Assembly (NCBI GenBank): GCA_963716255.1 | Contig: OY970303.1 | Coordinates: forward strand, 7,744,001 to 7,808,000 | DNA length: 64,000 nt | Direction: 5' to 3' | Origin: an uncultured Gemmatimonadales bacterium | Lineage (GTDB): Bacteria > Gemmatimonadota > Gemmatimonadetes > Longimicrobiales > Longimicrobiaceae | Shown: positions 37,679 to 48,562 of the stretch, piece after piece | How the letters are laid out: each line of letters opens with the position of its first letter | Numbering within the stretch: position 1 is the first letter of the stretch | Made by a program: the position numbers and the translations under genes | The notes under the pieces: model-generated | What the model was told of the DNA's origin: nothing | Database searches by the model: none | What the model saw: only the letters and a program-made list of their open reading frames with translations

Positions 37679-38536
37679 TCACACCGCGCGCAGGTGGCGC
37701 CGCACCGCGATCGCGCTGGACAGGAAGCCGAAGGCGGCCCCCGCCAGCACCCCGGCGACCACCCAGGGGAAGGGGAGCCACTCGATGCGGAGCAGCACCC
37801 GGTCCACCACGCGGAAGGCGGCCCACGCCAGCCCCACCGCGAGCGCGCCTCCCAGCAGCCCAGCCACCAGCCCCTCCAGCAGGAAGGGGCGGCGCACGAA
37901 GCCGTCCGTGGCGCCCACCAGGCGCATGATGGAGATCTCCTCGCGGCGCGCGAACACCGCGATCCGCACCGCCGTCGCGATGACGATGGCCGCCACCGCC
38001 GCGAACGCCCCGCCGATGATCCCCGCCGCGCCCCCGGCGATCCGCCGCAGCGAGACGATCTTGTCCAGCCAGTCGCGCCCGAAGCGCACGTCCTCCACGA
38101 ACGGGTACGCGGCCAGCCCCTTCGCCACCCGCTCCACCGAGGCCGGGTCGCGGGCCCCCGCCTTCAGCCTCAATTCCAGCGAGGCGGGGAGCGGGTTGGT
38201 TTCCAGGTCCGTGAACACGTCGCGGAACTCCTCCATCTCCTGCCGCGCCGTCGCCAGCGCCTCCGTCTTGGAAACGTAGCGCACCTCCCCCACCTCGGGG
38301 ATCAGGCGGACCTCCTGCTGGAGGATGCGGAGCTGGTCGTCGGTGGCGTCGTCGCGCAGGTAGGCGACCACCTCCACCTTCTCCTCGATGCGGTCGATGG
38401 CGCGGCCGATGTTGTGGGCCGTCAGCCCGAACAGGGCGCCCACGAAAAGCGAGAACGCCACCGCCACCACCGACAGCAGGGTGAGCAGCGGGGTGCGCCG
38501 GAAGGCGGAAAGGGCTTCGCGCAGGGTGTACGGCAT
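37679..38536 (-). CDS. ftsX: Cell division permease FtsX
   Basis: YVSKTEAL, NPLPAS, RREEISIMRLVGAT...PFLLEG. Confidence 0.93.
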   Translation of the reverse strand: MPYTLREALSAFRRTPLLTLLSVVAVAFSLFVGALFGLTAHNIGRAIDRIEEKVEVVAYLRDDATDDQLRILQQEVRLIPEVGEVRYVSKTEALATARQEMEEFRDVFTDLETNPLPASLELRLKAGARDPASVERVAKGLAAYPFVEDVRFGRDWLDKIVSLRRIAGGAAGIIGGAFAAVAAIVIATAVRIAVFARREEISIMRLVGATDGFVRRPFLLEGLVAGLLGGALAVGLAWAAFRVVDRVLLRIEWLPFPWVVAGVLAGAAFGFLSSAIAVRRHLRAV

Positions 38537-38537
38537 G

Positions 38538-39230
38538 CTAGAAAGTCTGCTCCGGCGCGGGGGCCGCCGCCGAGTCGAAGACCACCTCGCCGTGGCTCAG
38601 CTCGATGGTCCGGTACTCCGGGTGGGCCCGCACCAGCTCCAGGTCGTGGGTCGCCATCAGCACCGTCATCCCCATGGTGTTGATCTCGCGGAACAGGTCG
38701 AACACCCCGCGCGCCGCCCAGGCGTCCAGGTTCCCCGTGGGCTCGTCCGCGAGCAGCACCACCGGGTCGTTGGCCAGCGCCCGGGCGATCGCCACCCGCT
38801 GACGCTCGCCGCCGGAAAGCTCGTCCGGGAGCGCGCGCGCCTTCGCCGCGAGCCCCACCTGCGCCAGCAGCTTGTTGACCCGCGCGGGGATCGCCTGCCG
38901 CTTCGCCCCGGTCACCTCCAGCGCGAAGGCCACGTTGTCCTCGGCGCTGCGGTCGCGGAGCAGACGGAAGTCCTGGAAGACCACGCCCAGCTTGCGGCGC
39001 AGCCTGGGAATCTCGCGCTGGCGGACGCTGGTGGACGAGAAGCCGGAGACGCGCACCTCGCCGGAGGTGGGGCGCTCCGCCATGAGCAGCAGGCGCAGGA
39101 TGGTCGACTTCCCGGCGCCGGAATGGCCGGTCAGGAAGGCGAACTCGCCCTTGCGGAGGTGGAAGGAAACGTCCTTGAGGGCCGCGCCGGAGCGCGGGTA
39201 TTCCTTGCGGACGTCGAGGAGTCGGATCAC
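38538..39230 (-). CDS. ftsE: Cell division ATPase FtsE
   Basis: GHSGAGKST, VFQDFRLL, LADEPTGNLD. Confidence 0.95.
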   Translation of the reverse strand: MIRLLDVRKEYPRSGAALKDVSFHLRKGEFAFLTGHSGAGKSTILRLLLMAERPTSGEVRVSGFSSTSVRQREIPRLRRKLGVVFQDFRLLRDRSAEDNVAFALEVTGAKRQAIPARVNKLLAQVGLAAKARALPDELSGGERQRVAIARALANDPVVLLADEPTGNLDAWAARGVFDLFREINTMGMTVLMATHDLELVRAHPEYRTIELSHGEVVFDSAAAPAPEQTF

Positions 39231-39274
39231 GGAGCGGGGTCCTTCGGGAAGGGATCTGGCGACGGCGGCGAAAG

Positions 39275-40216
39275 CTATCCCCGCCGCCCCCCGGTGTCAA
39301 AGCGGCCGGCGAGGCGCACGGCCAGGAGGACAGCCTCCTTCATGGACGAGGCGTCCGCGATCCCCCGCCCGGCGATGTCCAGGGCGGTGCCGTGGTCCGG
39401 CGAGGTGCGGGGGAAGGGAAGGCCCAGGGTGACGTTGACGCCGCTCCCGAAGGCCGCCGTCTTGAACGCGGCCATCCCCACGTCGTGGTAGGGGGCGACC
39501 ACCGCGTCGAACTCGCCGCGCACGGCGCGGGTGAAAACGGTGTCCGCGGGGATGGGGCCGGAGGCGGCGATCCCCGCCGCGCGCAGCGCCTCCAGCGCCG
39601 GCGCGACGATGCGCGCCTCCTCGTCGCCGAAGAGGCCGCCGTCGGAGGCGTGCGGGTTCACGGCGCACAGCGCGATGCGCGGCTCCGCGATCCCCCACTG
39701 GCCGCGCAGCGCGGCGTGCACCAGCCGCGCCTGGCGCACCAGGAGCTCCGCCGAGAGCGCCGCGGGGACGTCGCGCAGCGCCAGGTGCGTGGTGGCCAGC
39801 ACCACGCGCAGAGGGCCGCCCAGCGCGGTGCGCTCGGCGGCCATCATCATCGCCACGTCCGGCACGCCGGACAGCGCGTGCAGCATCTCGGTGTGGCCGG
39901 GGAAGCGCCACCCCCCGGCGTGGAAGGCGGCCTTGTCGAGCGGGGCGGTCACCAGCGCGTCCACCTCGCCGGCCAGCGCCAGCTCCGTCGCGCGCCGCAC
40001 CGCCTCCCCGGCGATCCGCCCCGCCGCCGCGGCCCCGTCCTCCGGGGCCCAGCGGCCCACGGACACGGCGCTCCCCGGCCCGTCCCACCCCTCCGCCCCC
40101 ACCACGGTCCACTCCGCCAGGGCGGCGATCTCCGGGTCGTCCAGCGCTCCGCGCGTCACCTCCGGGCCGATTCCGCGCGGGTCGCCCAGGGTGACGGCGA
40201 TCCGCGGGCGGCTCAC
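39275..40216 (-). CDS. pdxA: 4-hydroxythreonine-4-phosphate dehydrogenase
   Basis: GDPRGIGPE, GHTE, NPHA, YHD, RTSPDHGTA. Confidence 0.93.
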   Translation of the reverse strand: MSRPRIAVTLGDPRGIGPEVTRGALDDPEIAALAEWTVVGAEGWDGPGSAVSVGRWAPEDGAAAAGRIAGEAVRRATELALAGEVDALVTAPLDKAAFHAGGWRFPGHTEMLHALSGVPDVAMMMAAERTALGGPLRVVLATTHLALRDVPAALSAELLVRQARLVHAALRGQWGIAEPRIALCAVNPHASDGGLFGDEEARIVAPALEALRAAGIAASGPIPADTVFTRAVRGEFDAVVAPYHDVGMAAFKTAAFGSGVNVTLGLPFPRTSPDHGTALDIAGRGIADASSMKEAVLLAVRLAGRFDTGGRRG

Positions 40217-40494
40217 CAGCGCTCCTCGGTGCGCTCCTCGCGGAGCACCCGGTACAGCTCCTTCGCCGCCTTCCTGGACACGCTCTTCCCCGGAAGCTCC
40301 AGCAGCTCCATCTCCAGCGTCCGGGCCGGCCAGCGCACCTCCACGCGCGCGCCGGGGAGCACGGCGTCGGCGGCGCGGGCCTTTTTCCCGTTCAGCGACA
40401 CCGCCCCCGCGTCGCACGCCGACTTTGCCTCGTTGCGGCTGCGCGTCAGGCAGAGCCGGTGCAGCAGCACGTCGATGCGGAGCCCGTCGGCCAT
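40213..40494 (-). CDS. S4 RNA-binding domain protein (Hsp15-like)
   Basis: LRIDVLL...RSRNEAKSACDAGAVSLNG. Confidence 0.85.
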   Translation of the reverse strand: MADGLRIDVLLHRLCLTRSRNEAKSACDAGAVSLNGKKARAADAVLPGARVEVRWPARTLEMELLELPGKSVSRKAAKELYRVLREERTEERW

Positions 40495-40495
40495 G

Positions 40496-41806
40496 TCAGA
40501 GGTTGATGCGCACGTAGGTCGTGCGCAGCAGCTCCTCCAGCACCTGCTGCTGGATCTTCTGCTGCTGGACGGATTCGCGCACCTGCTCGCGGAACTCTTC
40601 CAGCGTGTACTCGCCGGCCTCGCGCCGCTCGTTGACCTTGATCACCCCCCAGCCGATGCCGTGGGTCCCGCCCTCCAGCTGCACGGGGCCCAGCACCGAG
40701 CCCGCAGCGGCGCCCTGCATCAGCGGCTGGTACTCCGGGGGAAGCCGGTCCAGCGGCACGTCCTCCGCGAAGCGCCGGTCGGCGGGGGTGTCGTAGCGCT
40801 CGGCCAGCGCGTTCATGTCCGCCCCGGCGCGCGCGGCCGCGAGCACCGAGTCGGCGCGGACGCGGGAGCGGGCGCGGTCGGCGTCGTCCACCTCCGGGCG
40901 GATCAGGATGTGGCGGGCCTGGCGCTCGCCCGCGCGGGCCTTTTCCAGCTTGATGATGTGGAAGCCGAACGCCGTTTCCACGATCCCGCTCACGTCGCCC
41001 GGGCGCATGGCGAAGGCCACCTGCTCGAAGGGGCGGACCATCTGCCCCTGCTTGAACCACCCCAGGTCGCCGCCGCGCTCCTTGGAGCCGGGATCGTCCG
41101 AGAAGCGGCGCGCCAGCACCTCGAAGTCGCCGCCCTTGCGCAGCTCCTCCACCACCTGCTCGGCCTCGCGGCGCGCCGCGGCCTTCGCCGAGTCGCTGGG
41201 CGCCGGCTCCACGACCACCTGCTCGAACGAGACCGTGGCCGGACGGGTGCCCAGCTGCGCGCGCTGCGACTCGAACGCGGCCTGGATCTCGGCGTCGGTG
41301 ACCACCGGGCGCACCGCGTTCCCCACCCGCTGCGAGATGAAGCGGGCCACCATCATCCGCGAGCGGGTCTGCTCCAGCCGCCTGGCGCGGAACTCGGGCA
41401 GGGTGAGCCCGGACTGGGCCAGCGCCGCGTTGAACTCCGCCTCCGAGGGGAAGCGGCCGCGGATCTCGCGGATCTCCTGGTCCACGGTGCGCTCCACCTC
41501 GTCGTCGCCCACGGTGACCCCGGCGAGCCTGGCGGCGTTCAGGGCGACCAGGTCGTTGACGCGGGTCTGCACGATCTGGCGCACCATCGTGGCCTGGCCC
41601 TCCGCGTCGGCGGGGAGCTGGCGACCGGCGGCGCGCAGCTGCGCGACCTCCTCCTGCACGTCGGAAAGGAGGAGGGCGGTGTCGCCCACCACGGCCACCA
41701 CGCGGTCCACCAGCTCCTCCCCCTGCTGCGGGGCGGGAGCCTGGGTCTGCGCGGCGAGCGCCAAGGGCGCGGCGGCGAGGAGTGCGAACGCGGTACGGAT
41801 GCGCAT
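40496..41806 (-). CDS. surA: SurA-like periplasmic chaperone / parvulin PPIase
   Basis: Signal peptide, VDRVVAVVG, FSDDPGS...GGDLGW, ARHILI. Confidence 0.85.
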   Translation of the reverse strand: MRIRTAFALLAAAPLALAAQTQAPAPQQGEELVDRVVAVVGDTALLLSDVQEEVAQLRAAGRQLPADAEGQATMVRQIVQTRVNDLVALNAARLAGVTVGDDEVERTVDQEIREIRGRFPSEAEFNAALAQSGLTLPEFRARRLEQTRSRMMVARFISQRVGNAVRPVVTDAEIQAAFESQRAQLGTRPATVSFEQVVVEPAPSDSAKAAARREAEQVVEELRKGGDFEVLARRFSDDPGSKERGGDLGWFKQGQMVRPFEQVAFAMRPGDVSGIVETAFGFHIIKLEKARAGERQARHILIRPEVDDADRARSRVRADSVLAAARAGADMNALAERYDTPADRRFAEDVPLDRLPPEYQPLMQGAAAGSVLGPVQLEGGTHGIGWGVIKVNERREAGEYTLEEFREQVRESVQQQKIQQQVLEELLRTTYVRINL

Positions 41807-41970
41807 GACGGGTCGGGTGGGTCGTGGGCTGCGGCGGACGCGCCGCCGGTCGGGTGCGGCTCCGGGGAACGGACGCCGCGGGGCCACGGAGTGCGACTGC
41901 GCGCCCGTGGCCCCGCGGTTCATACGCCCTTCCGGGGCGCGGAGTTCCGCGCCCCGGAAGGAAAGGACGG

Positions 41971-43476
41971 CTACTGCGGCGCGCCGGGCTGCTGCCCGGG
42001 CTGCTGCTGGGGCTGCGCGGGCATCGCCTCCGGCTGCCCGGGCATGGGCATCGGCACCTGCTGGCCGGGGGCCGGCACGGCGCCGCCGGCGGGCGGGGCG
42101 CCGGGCATGGAGGAGCGGATGGTCTGCATCTGCTTCACCACCTCGGGGAAGGTCCCCTCGTTGACCTCGAAGTCGAACGCGCTGCGCAGCGCCGGGCTGA
42201 GCGGCCCCAGCTGCGGCACCTGCCGCGTCTGGCTGATGGCGCCCTCGATCAGCTCGCGGACGCGCGTCTCGATCACCGTGTTGGCGCCGGAGCCGCGCGG
42301 CAGACGGTTGAAGCCGGCCATGCGCACCATCTCGGAGATGGCCTGGCGGGTGCCGCGCCGGATGGTGTCCAGCTGCGCCGGGGAGGCGGTGATCTTGAGG
42401 CGCTCCGCCTGGTTGAGCAGGAGCTCCCGGTTGGTCATCTGCTCCACCAGGGCGTTGACCTGCTCGTCGGTGGCCTGCCCGAAGCTGCCGCGGGCCTGCG
42501 CCGGGAGGGTGCGCAGGAACTGCGCGAACTCGCCGGTGGTCAGCTCGCCGCCCTTGTACGAGGCCATGGTCCGCGACGCGGCGCGGCCCTTGAGCTCCAG
42601 GTTGTCCTGCTCCGCCAGCTCGCGCGCGATCTTGGCGGCGCCGGGCGCCACCTCCACGCCCGCGGCCTTGGTCAGCGAGTCCACGAAGGACTTCTCGGCG
42701 TCCTGCTGGGCCTTCTGCACCAGGAAGCGGGTGAAGTCCGCGCGCTGCTCGCCCATCTCGGTCTGCCGGCGGTCCTCCAGGCGGATGACGTGGTAGCCGA
42801 ACGGCGTCTCCACCACCGGGCTGATCTGGCCGGGCTGCAGCTTGAAGGCGGCCTCCTCGAAGGGAGCCACCATCCGCCCGCGCCCGAAGTAGCCCAGGTC
42901 GCCGCCCTGCACCTTGCTCCCCGGGTCCTCCGAGTAGCGGCCGGCCAGCGCGGCGAAGTCGGCGCCGCCGGCGGCCTGCGCGCGGACGGCCTCCGCCTGG
43001 CGGCGCACGCTGTCGCGCTGCGTGGGGGTGGCCTCGGCGGGCACCTGGAAGAGGATGTGGCGCGCGCGGATCTCGGCGCCGGGGCCCTCGGAAGCCCACT
43101 TCTGCTGGATCTCGGCCTCGGTGAAGACGGTGTCGGGGCGGATCACCTGGTCGCGCAGGCGCGCCATCACGATCTGGTCGCGCTGCGGGGCGAGGAGCTC
43201 GTCCATGTTGATCACGGCGAGCGTGGTGTCCTCGGCGGCGGCGGTGGCCAGCAGGGTGTAGTCCACCCACATGTTCGCCAGCTCCTGCACCACCTCGGGG
43301 GTGGCGGGGATCTGCGGGTTCGCCGCGAGCATGCGGGCGGCGTCCGCCACCTTCAGCTCCTTGCCTCCGGCCTTGGCGACAACGTCGGTGTGCGAGGTCA
43401 TGGCCTTGCCGAAGCTGCCGCATCCCCCGGCGAGAAGGGGGGCGGCGGCCAGCAGGGCCCAGCGGGACAGCTTCAT
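41971..43476 (-). CDS. Parvulin-type PPIase lipoprotein
   Basis: LAGGC lipobox, ARHILF, YSEDPGS...[16 protein letters not shown]. Confidence 0.88.
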   Translation of the reverse strand: MKLSRWALLAAAPLLAGGCGSFGKAMTSHTDVVAKAGGKELKVADAARMLAANPQIPATPEVVQELANMWVDYTLLATAAAEDTTLAVINMDELLAPQRDQIVMARLRDQVIRPDTVFTEAEIQQKWASEGPGAEIRARHILFQVPAEATPTQRDSVRRQAEAVRAQAAGGADFAALAGRYSEDPGSKVQGGDLGYFGRGRMVAPFEEAAFKLQPGQISPVVETPFGYHVIRLEDRRQTEMGEQRADFTRFLVQKAQQDAEKSFVDSLTKAAGVEVAPGAAKIARELAEQDNLELKGRAASRTMASYKGGELTTGEFAQFLRTLPAQARGSFGQATDEQVNALVEQMTNRELLLNQAERLKITASPAQLDTIRRGTRQAISEMVRMAGFNRLPRGSGANTVIETRVRELIEGAISQTRQVPQLGPLSPALRSAFDFEVNEGTFPEVVKQMQTIRSSMPGAPPAGGAVPAPGQQVPMPMPGQPEAMPAQPQQQPGQQPGAPQ

Positions 43477-43543
43477 GCGAATCTCCAGCGACGGGTGATT
43501 GGTTGAACGGCCTGAAAGACGATCGGGTGGAGCGTGGTGCGTC

Positions 43544-46500
43544 CTACACGTTGGCGGCCTTTTCCTGCTCCAGCTGGCGGAGCGATTCCACCAGGGTGGA
43601 CAGGATGGGCTCGGTGCCGCGGCGGTGCAGGGTGAGGGAGAGCGGGATCGGGCGGCGCACCTCCACCTCGAACTGCCGGGCGGCGAGGACCCGCTGCAGC
43701 ACCACCATGCGGGGGACCACCCCCTTGCGGAAGTTGAGGCGCACGTCCCAGGAGCGCACCAGCAGCCGCTCGATCCCCAGCGCGCCCCCCAGCAGGCGCA
43801 GCGCGGCGGTGGCGAGCAGCGCCTCCACCTCGGGCGGGATGGGGCCGTAGCGGTCGCGCAGCTCCCTGCGGAGCGCTTCGATCTGCTGGGGGCTCTCCTC
43901 GCGCGCCAGCCGCCGGTAGAAGTGGAGCTTCTGCGCCTCGTCGGGAACGTACTCGTCGGGGATCAGCGCCACGCCGTCCACCGACACGTCGGTGGCCTGC
44001 CGCGAGGGCGCGCCGCCGTCGCCCTTCATCTGCCGGACGGTCTCCTCCAGCAGGCGCATGTAGGTGTCGAAGCCCACCGCGTGCACGAAGCCGGACTGCT
44101 CGGAGCCGAGGATGTTACCCGCGCCGCGCAGCTCCAGGTCCTTGAGGGCGATGCGGTAGCCGCTCCCCAGCTCCGTGTAGTGCTCCAGCACCCGCAGCCG
44201 CTTCTCCGCCTCCTCCGACACCTCGTCCGGCACCAGCAGGTAGCAGTAGGCGCGGTGGTGGCTGCGGCCCACGCGCCCGCGGATCTGGTACAGCTGCGAC
44301 AGGCCGAAGTGGTCCGCGCGGTTGACGATCAGGGTGTTGGCGCGGGGCACGTCCAGCCCCGACTCGATGATGGCCGTGGCGCAGAGGATCTCCACCTCCC
44401 CTTCCAGGAAGCGGGTCATCACCTCCTCCAGCTCCTTTTCCTTCATCTGCCCGTGCGCCACCCCCACCCGGGCGTCCGGCACCAGGTCCGCGACCCGCTT
44501 CGCCACCACGGGGATGGTCTCCACCCGGTTGTGGACGAAGAACACCTGTCCGCCGCGGTCCAGCTCGCGCCGGATGGCGTCCTCCAGCACCGCGTCCGCC
44601 CACGGGAGGACGTGGGTGATGATGGGTTGCCGGTCGCGCGGAGGCGTCTGGATCAGCGTCATGTCCCGCAGCCCGAGCAGCGAGAAGTGCAGCGTGCGCG
44701 GGATGGGGGTGGCGGTGAGCGTCAGCACGTCCACCGTGCGCCGCAGCTGCTTGAGCCGTTCCTTGTGCTTGACCCCGAAGCGCTGCTCCTCGTCCACCAC
44801 GATCAGCCCCAGCTCGTGGAACTTGACGTCGCCGGAAAGCAGGCGGTGAGTGCCCACGATGATGTCCACCTCGCCCCGCTCCAGCCGCTCCAGCGCGACC
44901 GCCTGCTCCTTCGCCGTGCGGAAGCGGGACAGGGCTTCGATCCGCACCGGGAAGTCGGCCAGGCGCTCGGCGAAGGTGTGCAGGTGCTGCTCGGCGAGGA
45001 TGGTGGTGGGGACCAGCACCGCCACCTGCCTGCCGTCCTGCACCGCCTTGAAGGCCGCGCGGATGGCGATCTCGGTCTTGCCGTACCCCACGTCGCCGCA
45101 GATCAGCCGGTCCATGGGACGCGCGGACTCCATGTCGCGCTTGACGTCCTCGGTGGCCTGCCGCTGGTCCGGCGTGTCCTCGAACAGGAAGGCCGACTCC
45201 ATCTCGCGCTGCCAGCGGGTGTCCGCGGCAAAGGCGTATCCTTTCTCGGCCTCGCGGGCGGCGTACAGCTCCAGGAGCTCCGCCGTCATCTCCGCGATCG
45301 CCTTTTTCGTCTTCTGCTTGGTGCGCGTCCACTCCTTGCCGCCGATCTTGTGGACCCGCGGCGGAGGCCCCTCGTCGTTGTCCGAGACCCAGCGCTCGAT
45401 CAGGTCCACGCGGTGCACGGGAACGCGCAGCAATTCCCCGCCGGCGTACTCGATCACCAGCGTCTCGAACTCCTCCTCGCCGACGCGCACGCGCTCCATC
45501 CGGCGGAACTGCCCCACGCCGTGGTCCATGTGGACCACGTACTCCCCCGGCTTGAGCGCCGAGATGCTTTCCAGCGCCGCGCCCCCCCGGAAGCGCCGCT
45601 TGCGCCGGATGCGGCGGGTGCGGCGGAAGATCTCGTGGTCGGTGAGGACCCGCAGCGGCGGGTCGGCGTCGGCCAGGATGAAGCCGCCGCTGACGGAGCC
45701 CAGCGCCAGGGTGACGTCGGACCGGACGCGCAGCTCGTCCAGCAGCTCCTGCAGGCGCTCCAGCTGGCCCTGGTTGTCGCACAGCACCAGCGAGCGCTCG
45801 CCGCGGGCCGCGCCTGCGCGCAGTACCTCGCCCAGCCGCGCCATGTCGCGGTCGATGGCCTCCGGCGGGGCGGCGCGGAAGCGCAGCGCCCGCGCCGCCG
45901 CGGGCCCCTCGGCCACGAACATCTGCGGAAAGGCGTCCAGCCGCGCGGCGGCGTCGTCCGCCGCGAGGAAGAGCGCCTCGGGGGGCTCGGGGCGGGCCCC
46001 GCGCTGCTCCTCGGCCAGGTGCAGGCGCTGCACCTCGGCCCAGGTGCGCTCCAGCTCCGCGTGCGTCGCCCCGGCGGTGAGGTGCACCAGCACCGTGTCC
46101 GGGGGAAGGTACTCCAGGAGCGAGCGCCGGGGGCCGGGGGCGTCGCCGGCCGGCGTGGCGCGCTGCCGCCCGTCCGCCGCGGAGGCCGGGCGCAGGTCCA
46201 GGGGGAGCACCTGGATGGCGTCGACGGTGCGGACGGAAAGCTGGGAAAGCAGGTCGAAGTGGCGGATGGACTCCACCTGGTCGCCCCAGAACTCGATCCG
46301 CGCCGGCTCCGGCGTCCCGAAGCCGAACACGTCCACGATCCCCCCGCGGAGCGCGAACTGGCCCACCTCCTCCACGGTGGCCACGCGCTCGAACCCCATC
46401 TCCTCCAGCCGGGCGCTCAGGTCGGCGGGGCGGATCTCCTCGCCGGTCTTCAGCTCCAGCCGCAGGTCCTCCAGCCCCTCCACCGCCGGGGACAGCTCCT

Positions 46501-46885
46501 GCAGCGCGCGGGTGGTGGTCACCAGCAGCGCCGTGCGGCCGCCCAGCAGCGCCTCCAGCGCCTCCACGCGGGCCCCGCCGATCTCCACGTGCGGCTCTCC
46601 CTCCTCGTAGGGGAGGGATTCGCGCTGCGGGTAGAGCTGGACGGCGCCCTCGCCCAGGAGCGCCTCCAGGTCGCTGCTCACCTGCTCGGCGCCGTCCGGC
46701 GTGGAAGCCACCAGCAGCCAGATCCGCTCGGGGCGGGCGCGGTGCAGCGCCCCCACCAGCACGGCCGGGGACGCGCCGGCCAGCCCCTCCACGAGCACCG
46801 ACTCTCCCGCGCGCGGGAGCCCGGATGCCAGCTCGCGGAACGCGGGGACGGAGCGGAACGCTTCGATCAGGAGCGGATGCGGCAC
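43544..46885 (-). CDS. mfd: Transcription-repair coupling factor
   Basis: RGGIVD UvrB-like region, [37 protein letters not shown] tail. Confidence 0.97.
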   Translation of the reverse strand: MPHPLLIEAFRSVPAFRELASGLPRAGESVLVEGLAGASPAVLVGALHRARPERIWLLVASTPDGAEQVSSDLEALLGEGAVQLYPQRESLPYEEGEPHVEIGGARVEALEALLGGRTALLVTTTRALQELSPAVEGLEDLRLELKTGEEIRPADLSARLEEMGFERVATVEEVGQFALRGGIVDVFGFGTPEPARIEFWGDQVESIRHFDLLSQLSVRTVDAIQVLPLDLRPASAADGRQRATPAGDAPGPRRSLLEYLPPDTVLVHLTAGATHAELERTWAEVQRLHLAEEQRGARPEPPEALFLAADDAAARLDAFPQMFVAEGPAAARALRFRAAPPEAIDRDMARLGEVLRAGAARGERSLVLCDNQGQLERLQELLDELRVRSDVTLALGSVSGGFILADADPPLRVLTDHEIFRRTRRIRRKRRFRGGAALESISALKPGEYVVHMDHGVGQFRRMERVRVGEEEFETLVIEYAGGELLRVPVHRVDLIERWVSDNDEGPPPRVHKIGGKEWTRTKQKTKKAIAEMTAELLELYAAREAEKGYAFAADTRWQREMESAFLFEDTPDQRQATEDVKRDMESARPMDRLICGDVGYGKTEIAIRAAFKAVQDGRQVAVLVPTTILAEQHLHTFAERLADFPVRIEALSRFRTAKEQAVALERLERGEVDIIVGTHRLLSGDVKFHELGLIVVDEEQRFGVKHKERLKQLRRTVDVLTLTATPIPRTLHFSLLGLRDMTLIQTPPRDRQPIITHVLPWADAVLEDAIRRELDRGGQVFFVHNRVETIPVVAKRVADLVPDARVGVAHGQMKEKELEEVMTRFLEGEVEILCATAIIESGLDVPRANTLIVNRADHFGLSQLYQIRGRVGRSHHRAYCYLLVPDEVSEEAEKRLRVLEHYTELGSGYRIALKDLELRGAGNILGSEQSGFVHAVGFDTYMRLLEETVRQMKGDGGAPSRQATDVSVDGVALIPDEYVPDEAQKLHFYRRLAREESPQQIEALRRELRDRYGPIPPEVEALLATAALRLLGGALGIERLLVRSWDVRLNFRKGVVPRMVVLQRVLAARQFEVEVRRPIPLSLTLHRRGTEPILSTLVESLRQLEQEKAANV

Positions 46886-47268
46886 GGCCTGCGGCGGGGG
46901 GAGGACGGGTGCGGGTCAGGCGCGGCGCGCCGCCACGGTTGATCTTGCGCCGCCGATCCGATACCATCCGGGAGGCGCGGTCGCACGGCGGCCCCGGAGC
47001 GCGCACGCCGCGCACGCCGGGGGACAAACGTCGCAAGCTAAGGGGACCCGGCACCGCGCGTCAACCGCCGGGCGTCCCGCGCCCGCCCGGTCCGGCGCCG
47101 CTCCCCGTCCGCCGCGCGGACACACGCTGTCCCCCGCGGGAGACGCCGCCGCGCGCGCCGCCGCCCCCCCGGCGGTCCAAGTCGTTTGCCGACAACGCTG
47201 TCTCCCGCGCCTCCCACGCGGAACGCGCCTTGCCCTTTTTCTCCGTGCACCCCAGCGGAGCCCTTTCC

Positions 47269-48528
47269 ATGAACAAGATCCTTCCCGTCCTCGCGCTGCT
47301 CGCCGTATGCGGCACCGCGGGAGCAGCCCCCGCCCGCGCCGCCGGCGGACCCGCCGCGGCCGCCGCCGCCCCCGACCAGGGCTACGACCTGCGCGTCCGC
47401 GTCTGGGCGGACGCGGACCGCGACCAGTTCCGCTCCGGCGAGCGGATCCGCATGCAGTTCAACGCCAACCGCAGCGCCTACGCCGCGGTGGTGCACATCA
47501 CCACCGACGGCGAGGTGGAGTTCCTGTTCCCGCGCTCGCCGTGGGACGACGGCTACGTCCAGGGCGGGCGCAGCTACTCGCTCCCCTACGCGGGCGGCGG
47601 GTACGCCTCGTCGTGGACGGTGCGCGGGGCGCCCGGGATCGGGTACGTGTTCGTGATCGCCTCGGACGAGCCGCTGGACTTCCGCGGCTTCCAGGACGGC
47701 CGCGGCCGCTCGTCGTGGGGCTACCGCACCATCGGCTCGTCGTTCCGCGGCGACCCGTACTACGCCCTGGACCGCCTCGTGGACGAGCTGGTGCCGGACC
47801 CGGACTACGCGGACTACGCCACCGACTCGTACGCGTACCACGTGGGCGGGCGGCACGCGTACCCGCGCTGGTCGTGCTACGACGGCTACGCCGACGCGTA
47901 CGCCTGGGGAGGGTACTACGACCGCTGCGACCGGCTGGTGGTTTTGCTCCGGTACGACCCGTACTATTATCAACCGCACCGCTACCCGCGCTCCCGCGGC
48001 TACTATCTTGCGGACCGGTACTACGCGGACGGCCGCCGCCGGCAGCCCGAGCACCGCTACAAGGAGCCGCGCGCCGCGGAGGGCCGCGACGCCTACGGCG
48101 ACCGGACGCGGGGCGGGGGCTACGACGCGCCGCCGCTGCGCCGCTCGGGCGACTCGTACGACCCGCCGGCGCGGACGCGGCCGGAGCCCCGCTCGGGCGG
48201 CGGGGACGGCGGCGGCTACACCCGGGCCGACTGGCAGCAGGGCCAGCAGCCCACGCAGGAGGGGAAGCGGCCGCGCGAGGAGCGACCCCGCACGGAGGAG
48301 CGGACGCGGCCCACTCTGCAGCGCCGCCCCACCGAGCCGGAAACCTCCCGCCCGCGGGTGACCGCGCCGCAGCGGGAGCCCCGGCAGGAAGCGCCGCCGC
48401 GGCGGGAAGCCCCGCCGCAGCGCGAGTCCACGCGCGAGCGTCCGCGCTCCGAGCCGTCTGCGAACCACGAACGTTCCCGACCCTCCGCGGGGGGCAGCGC
48501 CCGCGTCCGCCCGGGGGGAGAACTGTAG
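47269..48528 (+). CDS. Secreted DUF4384-like domain protein with Tyr/Arg-rich low-complexity tail
   Basis: Signal peptide, FRSGERIR...TDGEVEFLFP...GIGYVFVIAS. Confidence 0.75.
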   Translation: MNKILPVLALLAVCGTAGAAPARAAGGPAAAAAAPDQGYDLRVRVWADADRDQFRSGERIRMQFNANRSAYAAVVHITTDGEVEFLFPRSPWDDGYVQGGRSYSLPYAGGGYASSWTVRGAPGIGYVFVIASDEPLDFRGFQDGRGRSSWGYRTIGSSFRGDPYYALDRLVDELVPDPDYADYATDSYAYHVGGRHAYPRWSCYDGYADAYAWGGYYDRCDRLVVLLRYDPYYYQPHRYPRSRGYYLADRYYADGRRRQPEHRYKEPRAAEGRDAYGDRTRGGGYDAPPLRRSGDSYDPPARTRPEPRSGGGDGGGYTRADWQQGQQPTQEGKRPREERPRTEERTRPTLQRRPTEPETSRPRVTAPQREPRQEAPPRREAPPQRESTRERPRSEPSANHERSRPSAGGSARVRPGGEL

Positions 48529-48562
48529 GCCGAGGCCTACCCAACCCCATCCGGAGGACCCG